A stretch of DNA of 64,000 nucleotides from Candidatus Bathyarchaeota archaeon (GTDB taxonomy: Archaea > Thermoproteota > Bathyarchaeia > 40CM-2-53-6), in assembly GCA_963733055.1 (NCBI GenBank), contig CAVTBR010000001.1, positions 992,001 through 1,056,000 on the forward strand. Direction: 5' to 3'. A program made the position numbers and the translations under genes. Below are positions 49,501-60,574 of the stretch, piece by piece. The first letter of the stretch is position 1. The number at the start of each line of letters is the position of its first letter. The notes beneath the pieces are model-generated. The model saw nothing but the letters and a program-made list of their open reading frames with translations. It made no database searches and was not told where the DNA came from.

Positions 49501-49534
49501 CTAAGGTTCGCTGCTATTTACTGGGTTGCTTGTC

Positions 49535-50671
49535 TTAGGCGGATAGTGGGGGTCTCGAGCCGAGCAGTACTGAGATTACCATGTACTGTCCGTTTCGAAT
49601 TATTCCGAGTTGAATGGTCTGTCCTGCTACGGCGTGTTCCTCTAGGTATGCGGAGAACGAGTCATAGTTGGTGATCCTATGCCCATTAATTGAGACTATC
49701 ACATCACCGCCCACGACGTATACCTGCTGCTGGATTGTGGCATTTTGTGTCCCTGCCCTGAGGCCGGAGATGCTCGCGGGGCCGCCTGGAACCAGGCTCT
49801 CCACTAGAACCCCGTAGGTAACGTTCGTTCCGATCGCTTGAGACAGCTGATAGGTCATATCGATGAGGCCGATACCCAGGTAGGGGTGCTTATCGTATTT
49901 ACCGCTCTTTATGAGCGAGGGTAGTTCTTGAGTAATCGTGTCGGAAGGAATTGCGAAGCCAAGACCTTCAGAATTGGTTACGGAAGCCGAAGTAATTCCG
50001 ACTACGGTGTCATCGGGTGCGATTACTGGTCCACCGGAATTACCCGGGTTGACCGCGGCGCTGAACTGGACCGTGTCAGGGATCGCAAACCCACCTAACG
50101 TATCGGTCTGCAGCGCTCTCCCAACTTGACTCACAACACCCACGGTAACCGTGTTTGACAAGCCGTAGGGGTTACCAATCGCCACCACCGTCTCGCCGAC
50201 TTTGAGTCCCGCAGAAGAACCTAGTTGCAGCGGATGGTACTCGCTCGGTGTAGCATTAACTGATACTACCGCTATGTCGCTGTAAGCGTCTGAACCCAGG
50301 ACCTTGGATGGGTAAGAGTCGCCATTCGAAAATGTCACAGTCGAATCAAGTAGGCCTTGGATTACGTGATAGTTTGTGACTATATAGTAAGAACCACCGT
50401 AGTTGATCACAAAACCTGTCCCAAGAACAGCACTCAGAGTTCCATTGGGGTACGTGCTCAACGTCATATCTTGCACAACGCCTTGTATGGTCACTACGCT
50501 TTGGCTGGAGATAGCGTAGATTTGGTCCGGCGTCAGGGGCTTCGGGCGGAATCCATCAAGCACGGGACTGTAGTATAACGCGACAGACCCTAAGACCACT
50601 ATGACGAGCAGGAGCACAGCAATCGTAATCGTCGGCCAGACTGATTTCTTAGACCTAGGCTTGGACTTCAT
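49535..50671 (-). CDS. htrA: HtrA/DegP-like membrane serine protease with PDZ domain
   Basis: TNYHV, DIAV, NPGNSGGP, PYLGI. Confidence 0.93.
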   Translation of the reverse strand: MKSKPRSKKSVWPTITIAVLLLVIVVLGSVALYYSPVLDGFRPKPLTPDQIYAISSQSVVTIQGVVQDMTLSTYPNGTLSAVLGTGFVINYGGSYYIVTNYHVIQGLLDSTVTFSNGDSYPSKVLGSDAYSDIAVVSVNATPSEYHPLQLGSSAGLKVGETVVAIGNPYGLSNTVTVGVVSQVGRALQTDTLGGFAIPDTVQFSAAVNPGNSGGPVIAPDDTVVGITSASVTNSEGLGFAIPSDTITQELPSLIKSGKYDKHPYLGIGLIDMTYQLSQAIGTNVTYGVLVESLVPGGPASISGLRAGTQNATIQQQVYVVGGDVIVSINGHRITNYDSFSAYLEEHAVAGQTIQLGIIRNGQYMVISVLLGSRPPLSA

Positions 50672-51038
50672 ATTAGTAACCTTATTTCAGTCAGCTACGG
50701 CTTGTAGTTCAATTTAATGGTTGTTTCGGACATCAATCTAACGGGCTTATGTTCACCATTGGTGCAACGAGCATATTACGGTCAGAATGGTGCGCCCATC
50801 CATACATCGAATAGGGGCGTTATGTTTAGGACGGCGAAAATCAATAGTAATCAATGGCTTCCCTCAAGCCTCCTCCTACTGCTTAGGATCTTTCTAGGCG
50901 CCACTTCCTCTTTGCAGGCGCGCAACACTTGACCGGTCCTTCTTAATTCGACTCGTCCAAGTCGGAAGTTCTGATGCTCATAACGGAACATGGATTGAAC
51001 TGGGAACTAACATCGAATTCGTCAATCTGACTCATGTC

Positions 51039-52028
51039 TCAGAATGATCGTGATACTAGGAATTCCGAGATTGACACTAAGTTGTCTCGGGCTCCGGACG
51101 CCGGGAGCTTGTTTAGAATGTTTAGAGCTGAGCGAAGATAGGATTGGGCCGCTGTTTTCGCGTAATCAATTGAGCCATATTTTTCGTATAGGTGAACGGC
51201 TTTTCGGATTTCCTGTTTCGTGATGTTGTTCTTCCCCAGTAGGCGTGTGAATGTTTTCCCATCTTGGGTGTTCGCTGTTCTTAGTAGGTGGGCCGTGAGG
51301 ACAGTCTTCTTGCCTTCTCGAATGTCTCCGCCAATTTCCTTTCCGTACTCTTTCACATCACCCGATACGTTCAAGGCGTCGTCTACTATTTGGAAGCCGA
51401 TTCCGACTGTTTCACCGAAATCGCCAAGCATTTTGATTTGTTCGTCGGTACCCCCTCCCGCAATCGCTCCTGTTTCTGTAGATAATGCAGTGAGGGCTCC
51501 GGTCTTGTTCTTGAGTAGGCGGATCACTTCATCTTCGGTGAATTGTTTGCGTTTCCACATGCTGAATTCGAATTGCTGGCCCCATGTTATGTCATACGTG
51601 CGTTTTGCGATTTGGGAGACTAGCCTGTGGCACCGGTCTTGGGATAGGTTGCTGGAGTTGGCGATCTCGAACACTTTAATCAGCATTGAGTCACCAACAT
51701 TGATGGCCGTAGGCTCGTTGTAGATTATGTGGATGCATGGTTTGCCACGCCGAAGCTCACTCCTGTCCTCGATATCGTCGTGGACCAGTGTCATGTTGTG
51801 TAGAAGTTCAACGGCGGCGGCTGCGCCGAGTGCGTCCCCTTTGCGACCACCCACGCACTCGCTTGCTAAGAAAGTCATGGCGGGCCTAAACCGTTTTCCT
51901 CCACGGTCGAGCAGATCCCAGACCGCAGCGTAGAATTCTAGCGGCTCCCCTGTTCGCGGTATGTGACGCTCAATTTCCGCCTCAACGTCCCCTTTGTATT
52001 CGCTGAGAATTTCCAGAGCGGATTTCAT
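51039..52028 (-). CDS. idsA: Geranylgeranyl diphosphate synthase (polyprenyl synthetase)
   Basis: GGKRFRP, LVHDDIED.S..RRG, KT, FQIVDD. Confidence 0.92.
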   Translation of the reverse strand: MKSALEILSEYKGDVEAEIERHIPRTGEPLEFYAAVWDLLDRGGKRFRPAMTFLASECVGGRKGDALGAAAAVELLHNMTLVHDDIEDRSELRRGKPCIHIIYNEPTAINVGDSMLIKVFEIANSSNLSQDRCHRLVSQIAKRTYDITWGQQFEFSMWKRKQFTEDEVIRLLKNKTGALTALSTETGAIAGGGTDEQIKMLGDFGETVGIGFQIVDDALNVSGDVKEYGKEIGGDIREGKKTVLTAHLLRTANTQDGKTFTRLLGKNNITKQEIRKAVHLYEKYGSIDYAKTAAQSYLRSALNILNKLPASGARDNLVSISEFLVSRSF

Positions 52029-52192
52029 GTTGTCGTTGAGTGTTGTTTGTTGTTCTTCAACTCTCCTAATAGTTAACGACCGGTTTGAGTTTGGTTGATT
52101 GAACCTATTGCAGAAGAAAGTTGTTTGAGGGCGGAGTCGGTCGAGAGCATTATATATGACATATGGAATAGTCGGCGATTCACATTAGATGT

Positions 52193-53071
52193 GTGCACCA
52201 TTTGGTAGCGTATGTCCAAGTCCTAATTCTCGGTGCCTTCGCGGGGCTCACGATTCTTCTAGGCATGCCGCTCGCAATTATTCAGAAAGTGAGTCTGAAG
52301 AAGAAAGGGTTCCTCAACGCATTTGCGACCGGCATTCTGATCTTCCTCATAGTCGACGTCCTTAGTCACGCTTGGACAACTACCGCTGAAGCAGCGACCG
52401 CCGCTTTTGCAGGCACTGCCCCCGTTTGGATCGCCGCGGTTGATATGGCTGCGATGCTCGGAGGAATTGGAATCGGACTCCTAGGCCTCACATGGTACGG
52501 AAGGAGATACATGAGGAAGAGCAATTCGCCCTCGACCGATACGCGGACAACTTCCAAAATCGAGACCGGAACCAGCGGTCGACCTCGTCAAGAATTACGA
52601 CTGATACAACAAGTGGATGCTTATAGACTGTCGATGATGATTGCTATCGGGATCGGCGCGCACAACTTCAGTGAAGGATTAGCGATCGGTCAATCCTATG
52701 CTTCAGGAGCCATAGGGTTGGCGGTGATGCTGATCATTGGATTCGCCGCCCACAACACGACAGAAGGTTTCGGAATCGCAGCCCCGCTCAGCGGCCTAAC
52801 TAAGAGGCCGAGTAACCGCTTCCTCTTAATCGCCGGCTTGGTCGGTGGTGGACCGACATTCATCGGCACTCTCTTGGGGAGCCTTTGGGCTTCGCCAATC
52901 GCCTACATCTTCTTTCTCGCCCTCGCGGGTGGTGCCCTAGTTTACGTGACAATGCTAATGTATAATTCTGGAAGACGTCAGGTTACGAATGATATTCTAA
53001 TGCTGGGATTCTTCGTTGGAATCGCGGCGGGCTTCATAACCGACCTAATTGTCACCCTCGGCGGCGCGTAG
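52193..53071 (+). CDS. ZIP family metal transporter
   Basis: HNFSEGLAIG, AHNTTEG. Confidence 0.92.
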   Translation: MHHLVAYVQVLILGAFAGLTILLGMPLAIIQKVSLKKKGFLNAFATGILIFLIVDVLSHAWTTTAEAATAAFAGTAPVWIAAVDMAAMLGGIGIGLLGLTWYGRRYMRKSNSPSTDTRTTSKIETGTSGRPRQELRLIQQVDAYRLSMMIAIGIGAHNFSEGLAIGQSYASGAIGLAVMLIIGFAAHNTTEGFGIAAPLSGLTKRPSNRFLLIAGLVGGGPTFIGTLLGSLWASPIAYIFFLALAGGALVYVTMLMYNSGRRQVTNDILMLGFFVGIAAGFITDLIVTLGGA

Positions 53072-53098
53072 CACAATTAGGGTGATTGAATAACCTAC

Positions 53099-53844
53099 TT
53101 ACCTCCGTGCAACGCAAATTATCCTAGGGCTGTTCTCATGGAATGGTTCATGATTTAATCCTCCGTAGACGGTTTCAACGCGGAAACAGACTCTTTCCAA
53201 TAGTTTAGCAAGTTCGTCTTTGAAGACGTAACGCAATTGGAAGTTGACCACTTTCCTCTTGACGGAACCTGCTGGGCTAACGAAATCATAGAGATTTGTG
53301 GCGTCGATTGTCTGATTCTTGAAGTTCATTTCCTGCGCGTTAAAGCGGAGGATTGTCTCCCTACCATGATGCTTCACCTTGTCGAGTCTTGCGACGTTTT
53401 GAGGCCTTGAAAGGTCTGGGTTGAAAACGTCCACAATGAACACACCGCCGGGTTGAAGGTGCTCGAAGACGCACCTGAGGCAACTCTCCTCGTCTTGGAC
53501 GGTCAGGTTTTGAAGGAAAGATGCGAAGGCTATGTATCCCATGGCGAAAGTCTTGGACAGTTTGAAGTTTCGCATATCGCCCTTGACCAGATGAACTCGT
53601 TTCCTAATGGTCTGGTCTTCTCTTCTCAGCTTGATCTTTAGTACTTCGAGCATTTTGTAACTGATATCTAGACCTGTGACCTCGTGACCCGCCGAGCTAA
53701 GGGAAGAAGGATCCTACCCGTTCCGCAGGCGCATTCGAGGACCTTTCCTCCTGACTTCGAGGCATATTCTAGGTAAAATGGGATGTCAATGGCCGTGTCA
53801 TAAACGAGATCATAGAACGCAGCCTCGATGTCAAATCGGTTCAT
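53099..53844 (-). CDS. Class I SAM-dependent methyltransferase (apparent -1 frameshift near 53692)
   Basis: VLECACGTGR, then GHEVTGLDIS..ML, GDMR and HLQPGG in the next frame. Confidence 0.88.
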
Positions 53845-53872
53845 CAGTAAACCAACCATTTCGCTCGACTGT

Positions 53873-56139
53873 TTAGACTAGGGGTTCAACCTTGTAATTG
53901 CTTGTTAGGACCCGCCTGATCTCTTCGGAGATCTTTTCGCCTATGCCGGATACGGACATGAGTTCTTCTTCGGATGCTTGAAAGACGTGTTGGGGTGTGT
54001 GGAATGAAGTGAGTAGTTTCCTGGCGCGGGTTCTGTCAATGTTGGGGAGGCTTGAGACGACAAATTCTTGCTCTTCTTGGAGTGTTTTGGGTTTGGCGAG
54101 GGTCATTATTCTCGGGGCGCGTTTGTCTTGGATCTGTTCGCGGCGGCATATGGCGAACATCAACTGTGCAGTTTCGGAGGGTTTCTGTGTCAGTAGTATC
54201 GGGATCCCGTAATCCATTAGAATGCTAGCATAGGCACCCATCATCGCCTCCGGCCGAAACGCGCCCCGATCCCGTTAATGATTCTCCTTCCACAATTATT
54301 ACCGGCTTCAGATATGCGGCTTTGAGGTTCGCGGCTTGTTGAAAGAGGCGGCCGTCGATTATTGAGGAAGCGAAGTCATCAACTTCTTTTCGTTCCACCA
54401 CGACCCTGTCGGAGAGCACAAAATCGCCTACCTGTAGCGTTTCAGATTTGACGAGGGCGCCGAGTTTAGCAAGTTCCCTCGTAACCAAAGCGCCGAGTTC
54501 CCTTGAATCGGCGACGACCACGATTTGTTCTACCAATTTCTCTTCCTTCAAACTTGATGACATGAATTTCTCTATTCTTGACTGGTCAGGGGCGTATTCC
54601 TTCCGAGCCGCAACGAACTGCTTGATCGCGCTGGCCATCTCGCAGTTCCCTTCGCTGCGAGATCCAATAATACGCCTCGTCCCTCGTCCCCTTTGCAATC
54701 AATATGACCGCAGCCCCCGGACCTTTTCGGCCGGTTCGGCCGCGGCGTTGAATATACCGCACCGCGCTTGGCACAGTATCGTAGAAAACTACTTGATCGC
54801 ATTCCACGATGTCAAGCCCCTCTTCCCCTATCTGTGTAGCAACGAGCACATTGAACGTGCCCGCCCTGAAATCATCCAGAACACTAGCTTGTTTTTTCTG
54901 CGTCAGGCCACGGTCTCCGGCCCGTGAGGCTTGACCAACGAGTCGGACGGCTGAGACTCCTTCGACCTTGTTGAGGACTTCCACAAGCCTCGCCGCGGTT
55001 GCGCGGTAATTGGTGAAAACCATGATGCGGCGTGCGCCCTTACCCAACCCCGTACGTACCGATTTGATCAGTTCAGTAACTTTGGGGTGGTCGACCTCTT
55101 TCGCGACGAGGTTATTCACGACGCTTACCACCTGCTTCATTCTATCGTCCTCAAGAAGCATTTTCAGCCCCGGCGTCATTCGTTGCTGTCCCTTCTCCTT
55201 CAACCCGTCGAGGTGTTCTTTCAGGGCGGGAAAGCCCTGAGTTTCTAGGAATTCTGTTGCCCGAATTGCATGAATAGCCGCATACACGTAGGCCAGGTAA
55301 ATCTTTGCGTCCCTGTTCCCGCCTGCAGCGTCACTTAGGATTCGCTGCCGTGCGCCTAACACATCGCGCAGACGAACTCTATCCATAGCCGCGCTCTCAA
55401 GGTAGCCGTGATCCCTTATCGTTCGTAGTTTGTCCCGTAGGAAAGATTCGAGTTCTCGTTTTACGTCATAGAATATTTGCGGAAGGTTGACGGTAACCCA
55501 TCGAATCTCTATTCCACCAACGTATGGTTTTACGTCCTCGCTCTGAATTGACCGTGCCTCGACCCATCCGAGGTGGAGGTTGTCGCAGATCTCTCGAACA
55601 TCCTGTTCGCTTGATCCAGGCGAAGCGGTTAGTCCTAGGATGAGGTTGTCGTCGGTTGTTGCGGAGTAGCGATCAGCAATGAAGACATACGGGTAATCGC
55701 CCACGGCCCTATGGGCCTCGTCAAAGACCATCAACGAAAAAGTGTCTAGGGCGAGTTTGCCCGTGAGCAAGTCATTCAACAAAACTTGAGGCGTGCAGAA
55801 GATAAGCCGCTTCTTCCACAGATCAACGCGTTCGTCCGGGCCAACCTCACCTGTCAACCAGACCATCGATGATGGGTCAAGGTTGAGTAACTTCTGGAAT
55901 GTTTTGAAGTGTTGGAGCACCAATGGCTTGGTGGGTGCTAGTATGACTACGCCTTTGCTCGGAATTCGCTGCAATCTTTCGGCGGCCACGTAGGCGGCCA
56001 CTATTGACTTCCCTAACCCCGTGGGAAGACAAACCAAGGTGTTGACGCGCAGGGCGTTCTTTGCAATTGATTCTTGATAGGAACGGCGTTCGATAGAATC
56101 TAACCTCAACAACAAATTGGAGTTGAGGTCGAACGCCAC
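53873..56139 (-). CDS. hef: Hef helicase/nuclease (FANCM-type helicase, ERCC4 nuclease, HhH2); apparent +1 frameshifts at 54644 and near 54258
   Basis: PTGLGKS, DEAH, TASPG, QRRGRTGR; DSRE, GDF...VVERK..DD; HhH pair. Confidence 0.92.
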
Positions 56140-56285
56140 TATGAAACGCTCCCTTTCCTAATTAACCAATCAAACATCGCCTAACGGGGGTATAAGTCGC
56201 GGGGTATCACCCGCCCCCAACCCGAATAAGTTTCTCTCTCTGAAATTTGCGCGAACGTAATCAGCTGTCGGCGGAAGGTAGGATT

Positions 56286-57174
56286 CTATGTCTGTTTGGC
56301 TCCGCAGCTTCCGCAGAATGTTGCCGCGGTTGGAATCTTTGCCCCGCAGCTGATACAGAATTTTGTGCCTCCTTGCTCTGTTGGCGGTGGAAGAGCGGGG
56401 ACAGCGGCGCCGCAGCTCGGGCAGAACTTATGGTGGGGTTGGAGCGGTGTGCCGCAAGAAGGACAAGCCATACCGCTAACGACGGGTGCAGCCACTCTAA
56501 GCTCAGGTGGGGCGCCTTCATTGTACAATAACCCCATGGATCTGAAAACGAAGACGCCTAAAATTGGTTGGAGAATTGCGGAGATCACCCAACCAACACG
56601 GGGTATAATCCCCGAAATTGCGCTAATCACAATGCCGATTATCACCACAACTACTATCCAACCGATGTACTTCATCCAACCAATCCCGCAGTATGATGCT
56701 CCATATCTCCCCGAACGCGAAAGCTTTCCCGAACTTTCCTGTCTTAATCATGTGCGCCATGCCTACTCCTAGAATGATCAGCAGAAGTATCACGAGGATG
56801 ATTCCGACAAGGAGAATCACGGCGCCTACTCCTCCCAGCACAAGCCCACCTGCAACTGCCAGGCCTGCCGTTGACATTAGGCCGGCGGACATAGAGACGC
56901 CGCCAACTATTATGAGGATTATTGGAATTAGCATGTAGATTAACGCCGCAAAGAACACCTTGGCTCCATCAACGAACAACTCGCCGTACTTTTCCAACTT
57001 CGGCGGAGTTCCTGTGCCAGGTGACTCCCTAAGCACTCTGGCTTGGTAGCCGATTACTATGAAGTCGACGATGGGGATAACGCTGAGAATGATGAGTATG
57101 ATTAAACGGCCTATGTCGCCGAATAATTTCTTAGTGTATTCGAAACTATCGCTAAGATTGTCGCCCAGATTCAT
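56286..57174 (-). CDS. DUF4013-like membrane protein with C-terminal zinc ribbons (apparent +1 frameshift at 56690)
   Basis: IPIVDFIVIGY..RVLR, KAFAFGEI; CPSCG/CISCG/CGSCG repeats. Confidence 0.82.
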
Positions 57175-57243
57175 GATGGACCACTTGCAAGTAACAGAAG
57201 CGGGTGATGGAATATAAACTGCTTTAGAAAATTATGGTACGGA

Positions 57244-57480
57244 TCACTCTTCACCGGTTCCGCCGCATGATTCGCATTCCTTTTGCCCTTCGCCGTCACA
57301 TTCTGGGCAATCTTCGCTAATTCTCCCTTCACCATTACATTCGACGCAACGAACGGTCATTCCCGACTCGTGGACAGTTCCCTCGCCGCCACACTTATCG
57401 CAATCAACGTCTACGGTTCCGGTTCCTTCGCAGTCTGGGCAGTCCGTTTTGCCCCTGCCCTCACAATCATTGCATTTCAT
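57244..57480 (-). CDS. Stand-alone DnaJ-type zinc-finger protein (six CxxCxGxG motifs)
   Basis: CNDCEGRG, CPDCEGTG, CDKCGGEG, CVECNGEG, CPECDGEG, CESCGGTG. Confidence 0.85.
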   Translation of the reverse strand: MKCNDCEGRGKTDCPDCEGTGTVDVDCDKCGGEGTVHESGMTVRCVECNGEGRISEDCPECDGEGQKECESCGGTGEE

Positions 57481-57495
57481 TGGAATCCTTCTTTG

Positions 57496-57849
57496 TTATG
57501 CTTCAGGGCTTGTTCTCAGGCGGCGAAGTTTCTCTATTGAACTCAGCCAACTCGACAAAGCGTTTCCATACTCAATTAATTTCTCCGGCTCCTGTTCGTT
57601 TCGCATCGCCAAATTCAGCTCCTGAATTTTGCTGAGCAGGATTTGCTCCGAGTCCTCTAGAACTCTATCGGTCATTAGGCGGGTTTCCTGTTCAGCAGAC
57701 TGTATGATTACAACGGGTTTGTTACATTTGGGGCAGAAGGTTTCGTTGCCCTTGCGAAAGAGCGGCGTCCCACATTCAGGGCAAGTTTCAGATAGCATAG
57801 TTGCCCCCGATTTGAGGAGTTCAGCCATCTTCTTGACTTCTAAGCTCAC
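57496..57849 (-). CDS. UPF0148 / autoantigen p27 zinc-ribbon protein
   Basis: MAELLKSGATMLSETCPECGTPLF....FCPKC. Confidence 0.88.
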   Translation of the reverse strand: MSLEVKKMAELLKSGATMLSETCPECGTPLFRKGNETFCPKCNKPVVIIQSAEQETRLMTDRVLEDSEQILLSKIQELNLAMRNEQEPEKLIEYGNALSSWLSSIEKLRRLRTSPEA

Positions 57850-58008
57850 AGCCCATAACCATGCAAATAATGCGCTCAATCACTAATTACGCTTTGTTGA
57901 GCTTCGAAAAGCCGCGTATAAGCGGAGGTCGCAGATTCGAGAAAGAGTTTAGATATTGCCGTATGGATGGTTTGGTTGAAAGGTCGCCTGTCATGCGGGT
58001 GTTCCGCA

Positions 58009-58290
58009 ATGTCAACAAAAGTCAAACGCAAGGAAGAATACGAGGCCCGGATCAAGCAGGCACTCGTAGTCCTTAACGATGTTTCTAACGACAATACTAC
58101 CCCACGCAACATACGTCGGGCAGCCAAAACGGCTATGGACACTCTCCAAGTTGGCGACCTGAGTATAGGCGTCAGGGCGGCAAATGCCATCTCCATACTG
58201 GACGACATAAGCCAGGACCCGAATATGCCTCCGTACACACGTGTGAAGATTTGGAATTCCGTCAGCATTTTAGAAGCGATAAAAGACTAG
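58009..58290 (+). CDS. UPF0147 family protein
   Basis: [27 protein letters not shown]. Confidence 0.92.
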   Translation: MSTKVKRKEEYEARIKQALVVLNDVSNDNTTPRNIRRAAKTAMDTLQVGDLSIGVRAANAISILDDISQDPNMPPYTRVKIWNSVSILEAIKD

Positions 58291-58360
58291 GTCAGGACCT
58301 AATCGGTCACGTCTGGTTTAATTTCAGCGTCCGAGAACGTTTCCTAGAGGTCGGTCACCG

Positions 58361-59350
58361 TTGGAAGCCGCTGTTCAGACGCTCGATATCACCAAGCGTT
58401 TCGGCGATCTAACAGCGGTTGACAAGATCAACCTGTCAATTGAAGCAAGAGAAATCTTCGGGCTAATTGGGCCTAACGGGGCTGGAAAAACTACTCTCAT
58501 ACGTATGCTGACAACGGTGATTCCACCTACGGATGGCACCGCGAGGATAGCGGGTTATGACATTCGTGACAACCAAGACCAAGTTCGTCGTAGTATAGGC
58601 GTGGTTTCTCAAGCAACCACCCTCGATGTTGAGTTGACTGCGTGGGAGAACATGAACATTTACGCGAAATACTATGACGTTCCAGCGGAGACTCGGAAGA
58701 CGAGAATAAAGGATCTCCTCGAAGTCGTGGGCCTCGGTGACAGAGCAAACTTTACAGTCGGTAGCTACTCCGGAGGCATGAAGCGACGCCTCGAACTCGT
58801 TAGGTCACTCATCCACCACCCTCGAGTCCTGTTCTTAGACGAACCCACCACCGGCCTTGACCCCCAAGCTCGTAGCGCCGTCTGGGAGTATCTACGCGGG
58901 CTGCACGAGAGGCAAGAGATCACTGTTGTACTCACAACGCACTACCTAGAGGAGGCGGAATCCCTCTGCGATAGAGTAGCGATCGTAGATTATGGAAAGG
59001 TCATGGCCTTGGGCACACCCAGCGAACTGAAACGCAAGGTCATGGGGGGAGACGTAGTCGAAGCCGAAGTTGGGGCGTTTCCGAACGAAGCGCTTGAAGC
59101 GTTGAAGAGTTCGAAATTCGCGCTTGAAGTTAAGAAGCGTGAGAACACCCTCACGGTACTAGTCAGGAGTGGTGCTGAAGCAGTCCCAAGAATCGTTGAG
59201 CTCGTGGACAGGAACGGGGGGAAGATCAAGACGATAACGCTCCGTCAACCGACGTTGGATGATGTTTTCCTAAGCTTCACTGGTCGCAGCATCAGAGAGG
59301 ACACGATTGTGAAGAACAAGAGATTCGTCAGTAACTGGGCGGGGCGTTGA
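58361..59350 (+). CDS. DrrA-type ABC exporter ATPase
   Basis: GPNGAGKTT, YSGGMKRR, DEPT. Confidence 0.95.
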   Translation: MEAAVQTLDITKRFGDLTAVDKINLSIEAREIFGLIGPNGAGKTTLIRMLTTVIPPTDGTARIAGYDIRDNQDQVRRSIGVVSQATTLDVELTAWENMNIYAKYYDVPAETRKTRIKDLLEVVGLGDRANFTVGSYSGGMKRRLELVRSLIHHPRVLFLDEPTTGLDPQARSAVWEYLRGLHERQEITVVLTTHYLEEAESLCDRVAIVDYGKVMALGTPSELKRKVMGGDVVEAEVGAFPNEALEALKSSKFALEVKKRENTLTVLVRSGAEAVPRIVELVDRNGGKIKTITLRQPTLDDVFLSFTGRSIREDTIVKNKRFVSNWAGR

Positions 59351-59354
59351 AGGA

Positions 59355-60485
59355 TTGAAAGGTGCGTTATGGGTTTGCGAACGTGACATTCGCAAGTTCC
59401 TCCGGCAACCAGCAATCGTGATGGGGGCAATCGTCGGGCCATTCCTAACTTTGATCCTGCTCGGATTTGCCTTTGGGGGGGCGATAACACATGCGCCGGT
59501 AGCCATCGTACGCGAGAGCTACGGGCCGATATCTACGAATTTCATTGATACGCTGAGAAATCAACAAAACTGCATCTACGGCGGCATAAACTGCGCCAAT
59601 GCCTACGACCTGACAGATGTCTCCGATCTAGGAGCCGCGCTGACAATGCTTCGACAGGGTCTAGTGAAAGCGGTGGTGTACATACCACTTGACTTTGACC
59701 AGGCGATGGGTAACTCGACTGTCGCGACTGTTTACCTTGACAATACAGACCCGCTCAGTGCAGCTTCGATATCTGGGTTGATGACTCAAGCTGCCGCGCA
59801 AATCTCAGCCCAAATCCGGATTAGTCCTCCACCGGATTCGGTGGTAACGCTCGACCTTGCTAACGTGTACAGGGATGTGCTGTATATTGAATTCATGGCG
59901 CCTGGATCGCTAATTCAGTCAATTATGTTCGCCTCCATTATCGGGGGCGGAATCTCGATCCTCTTCGATAAGCAGAGAGGAATAATCGAAGGCTACTTGG
60001 TCACGCCGTTGAAACAGTACGAGATTGTGGTCGGAGTCTTGCTGGCAGGAGTGACAAAGGCCATGTTCTCCGCTACAGCGATGCTGATCCTGGCCATAAT
60101 CTTCGCCGGCGTCCGTCCCATGACAAACTTCTTCGGGTTCATTCTCATTTTCTTCACCCTATTTCTAACTTCACTTGGCCTCATCTCTATGATGACCGCT
60201 TACGCCGTAAGGGCTCCAGCTCCGGAGGTGTACCAGTTCACCGCTTTCCCGATCAACCTGATACTCTACTTCACGAGTGGGGCCGTGTATCCGCTCGACG
60301 GTTTTCCACCGTGGATGAGGACGATGGCCTCGGTTAACCCCGAGGCTTACGCAATACACGCGCTTCGGGTGGTCATGTACAAGGGCGCCGGTCTCTCCGC
60401 CGTAGTCGGAGATTTCGCCTTCCTTGCCCTCTTCACGGGAATCATGATACTTCTCGCGACCGCGGCCTTCAGACGAGCACTCTGA
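59355..60485 (+). CDS. ABC-2 permease with extracellular domain
   Basis: TM1, large loop, five further TMs, SGAVYP. Confidence 0.9.
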   Translation: MKGALWVCERDIRKFLRQPAIVMGAIVGPFLTLILLGFAFGGAITHAPVAIVRESYGPISTNFIDTLRNQQNCIYGGINCANAYDLTDVSDLGAALTMLRQGLVKAVVYIPLDFDQAMGNSTVATVYLDNTDPLSAASISGLMTQAAAQISAQIRISPPPDSVVTLDLANVYRDVLYIEFMAPGSLIQSIMFASIIGGGISILFDKQRGIIEGYLVTPLKQYEIVVGVLLAGVTKAMFSATAMLILAIIFAGVRPMTNFFGFILIFFTLFLTSLGLISMMTAYAVRAPAPEVYQFTAFPINLILYFTSGAVYPLDGFPPWMRTMASVNPEAYAIHALRVVMYKGAGLSAVVGDFAFLALFTGIMILLATAAFRRAL

Positions 60486-60574
60486 CCTATTGAGGAGCGG
60501 TTGATGCAGGACCCTTCGAGTGGGGTTCTAAGGGTCCTAGTCGAATGGGAAGCGAGTTGCTTTTCGTTGGATAG

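Noticed and set aside
50717-51038. Short ORFs between htrA and idsA
   Set aside because: No convincing RBS, motif or composition on either strand
3580-57174. Mass pseudogenisation or programmed frameshifting as the cause of the split genes
   Set aside because: No slippery runs and no other decay in these genes; all breaks can be placed at CGCG, so a systematic consensus error is more parsimonious
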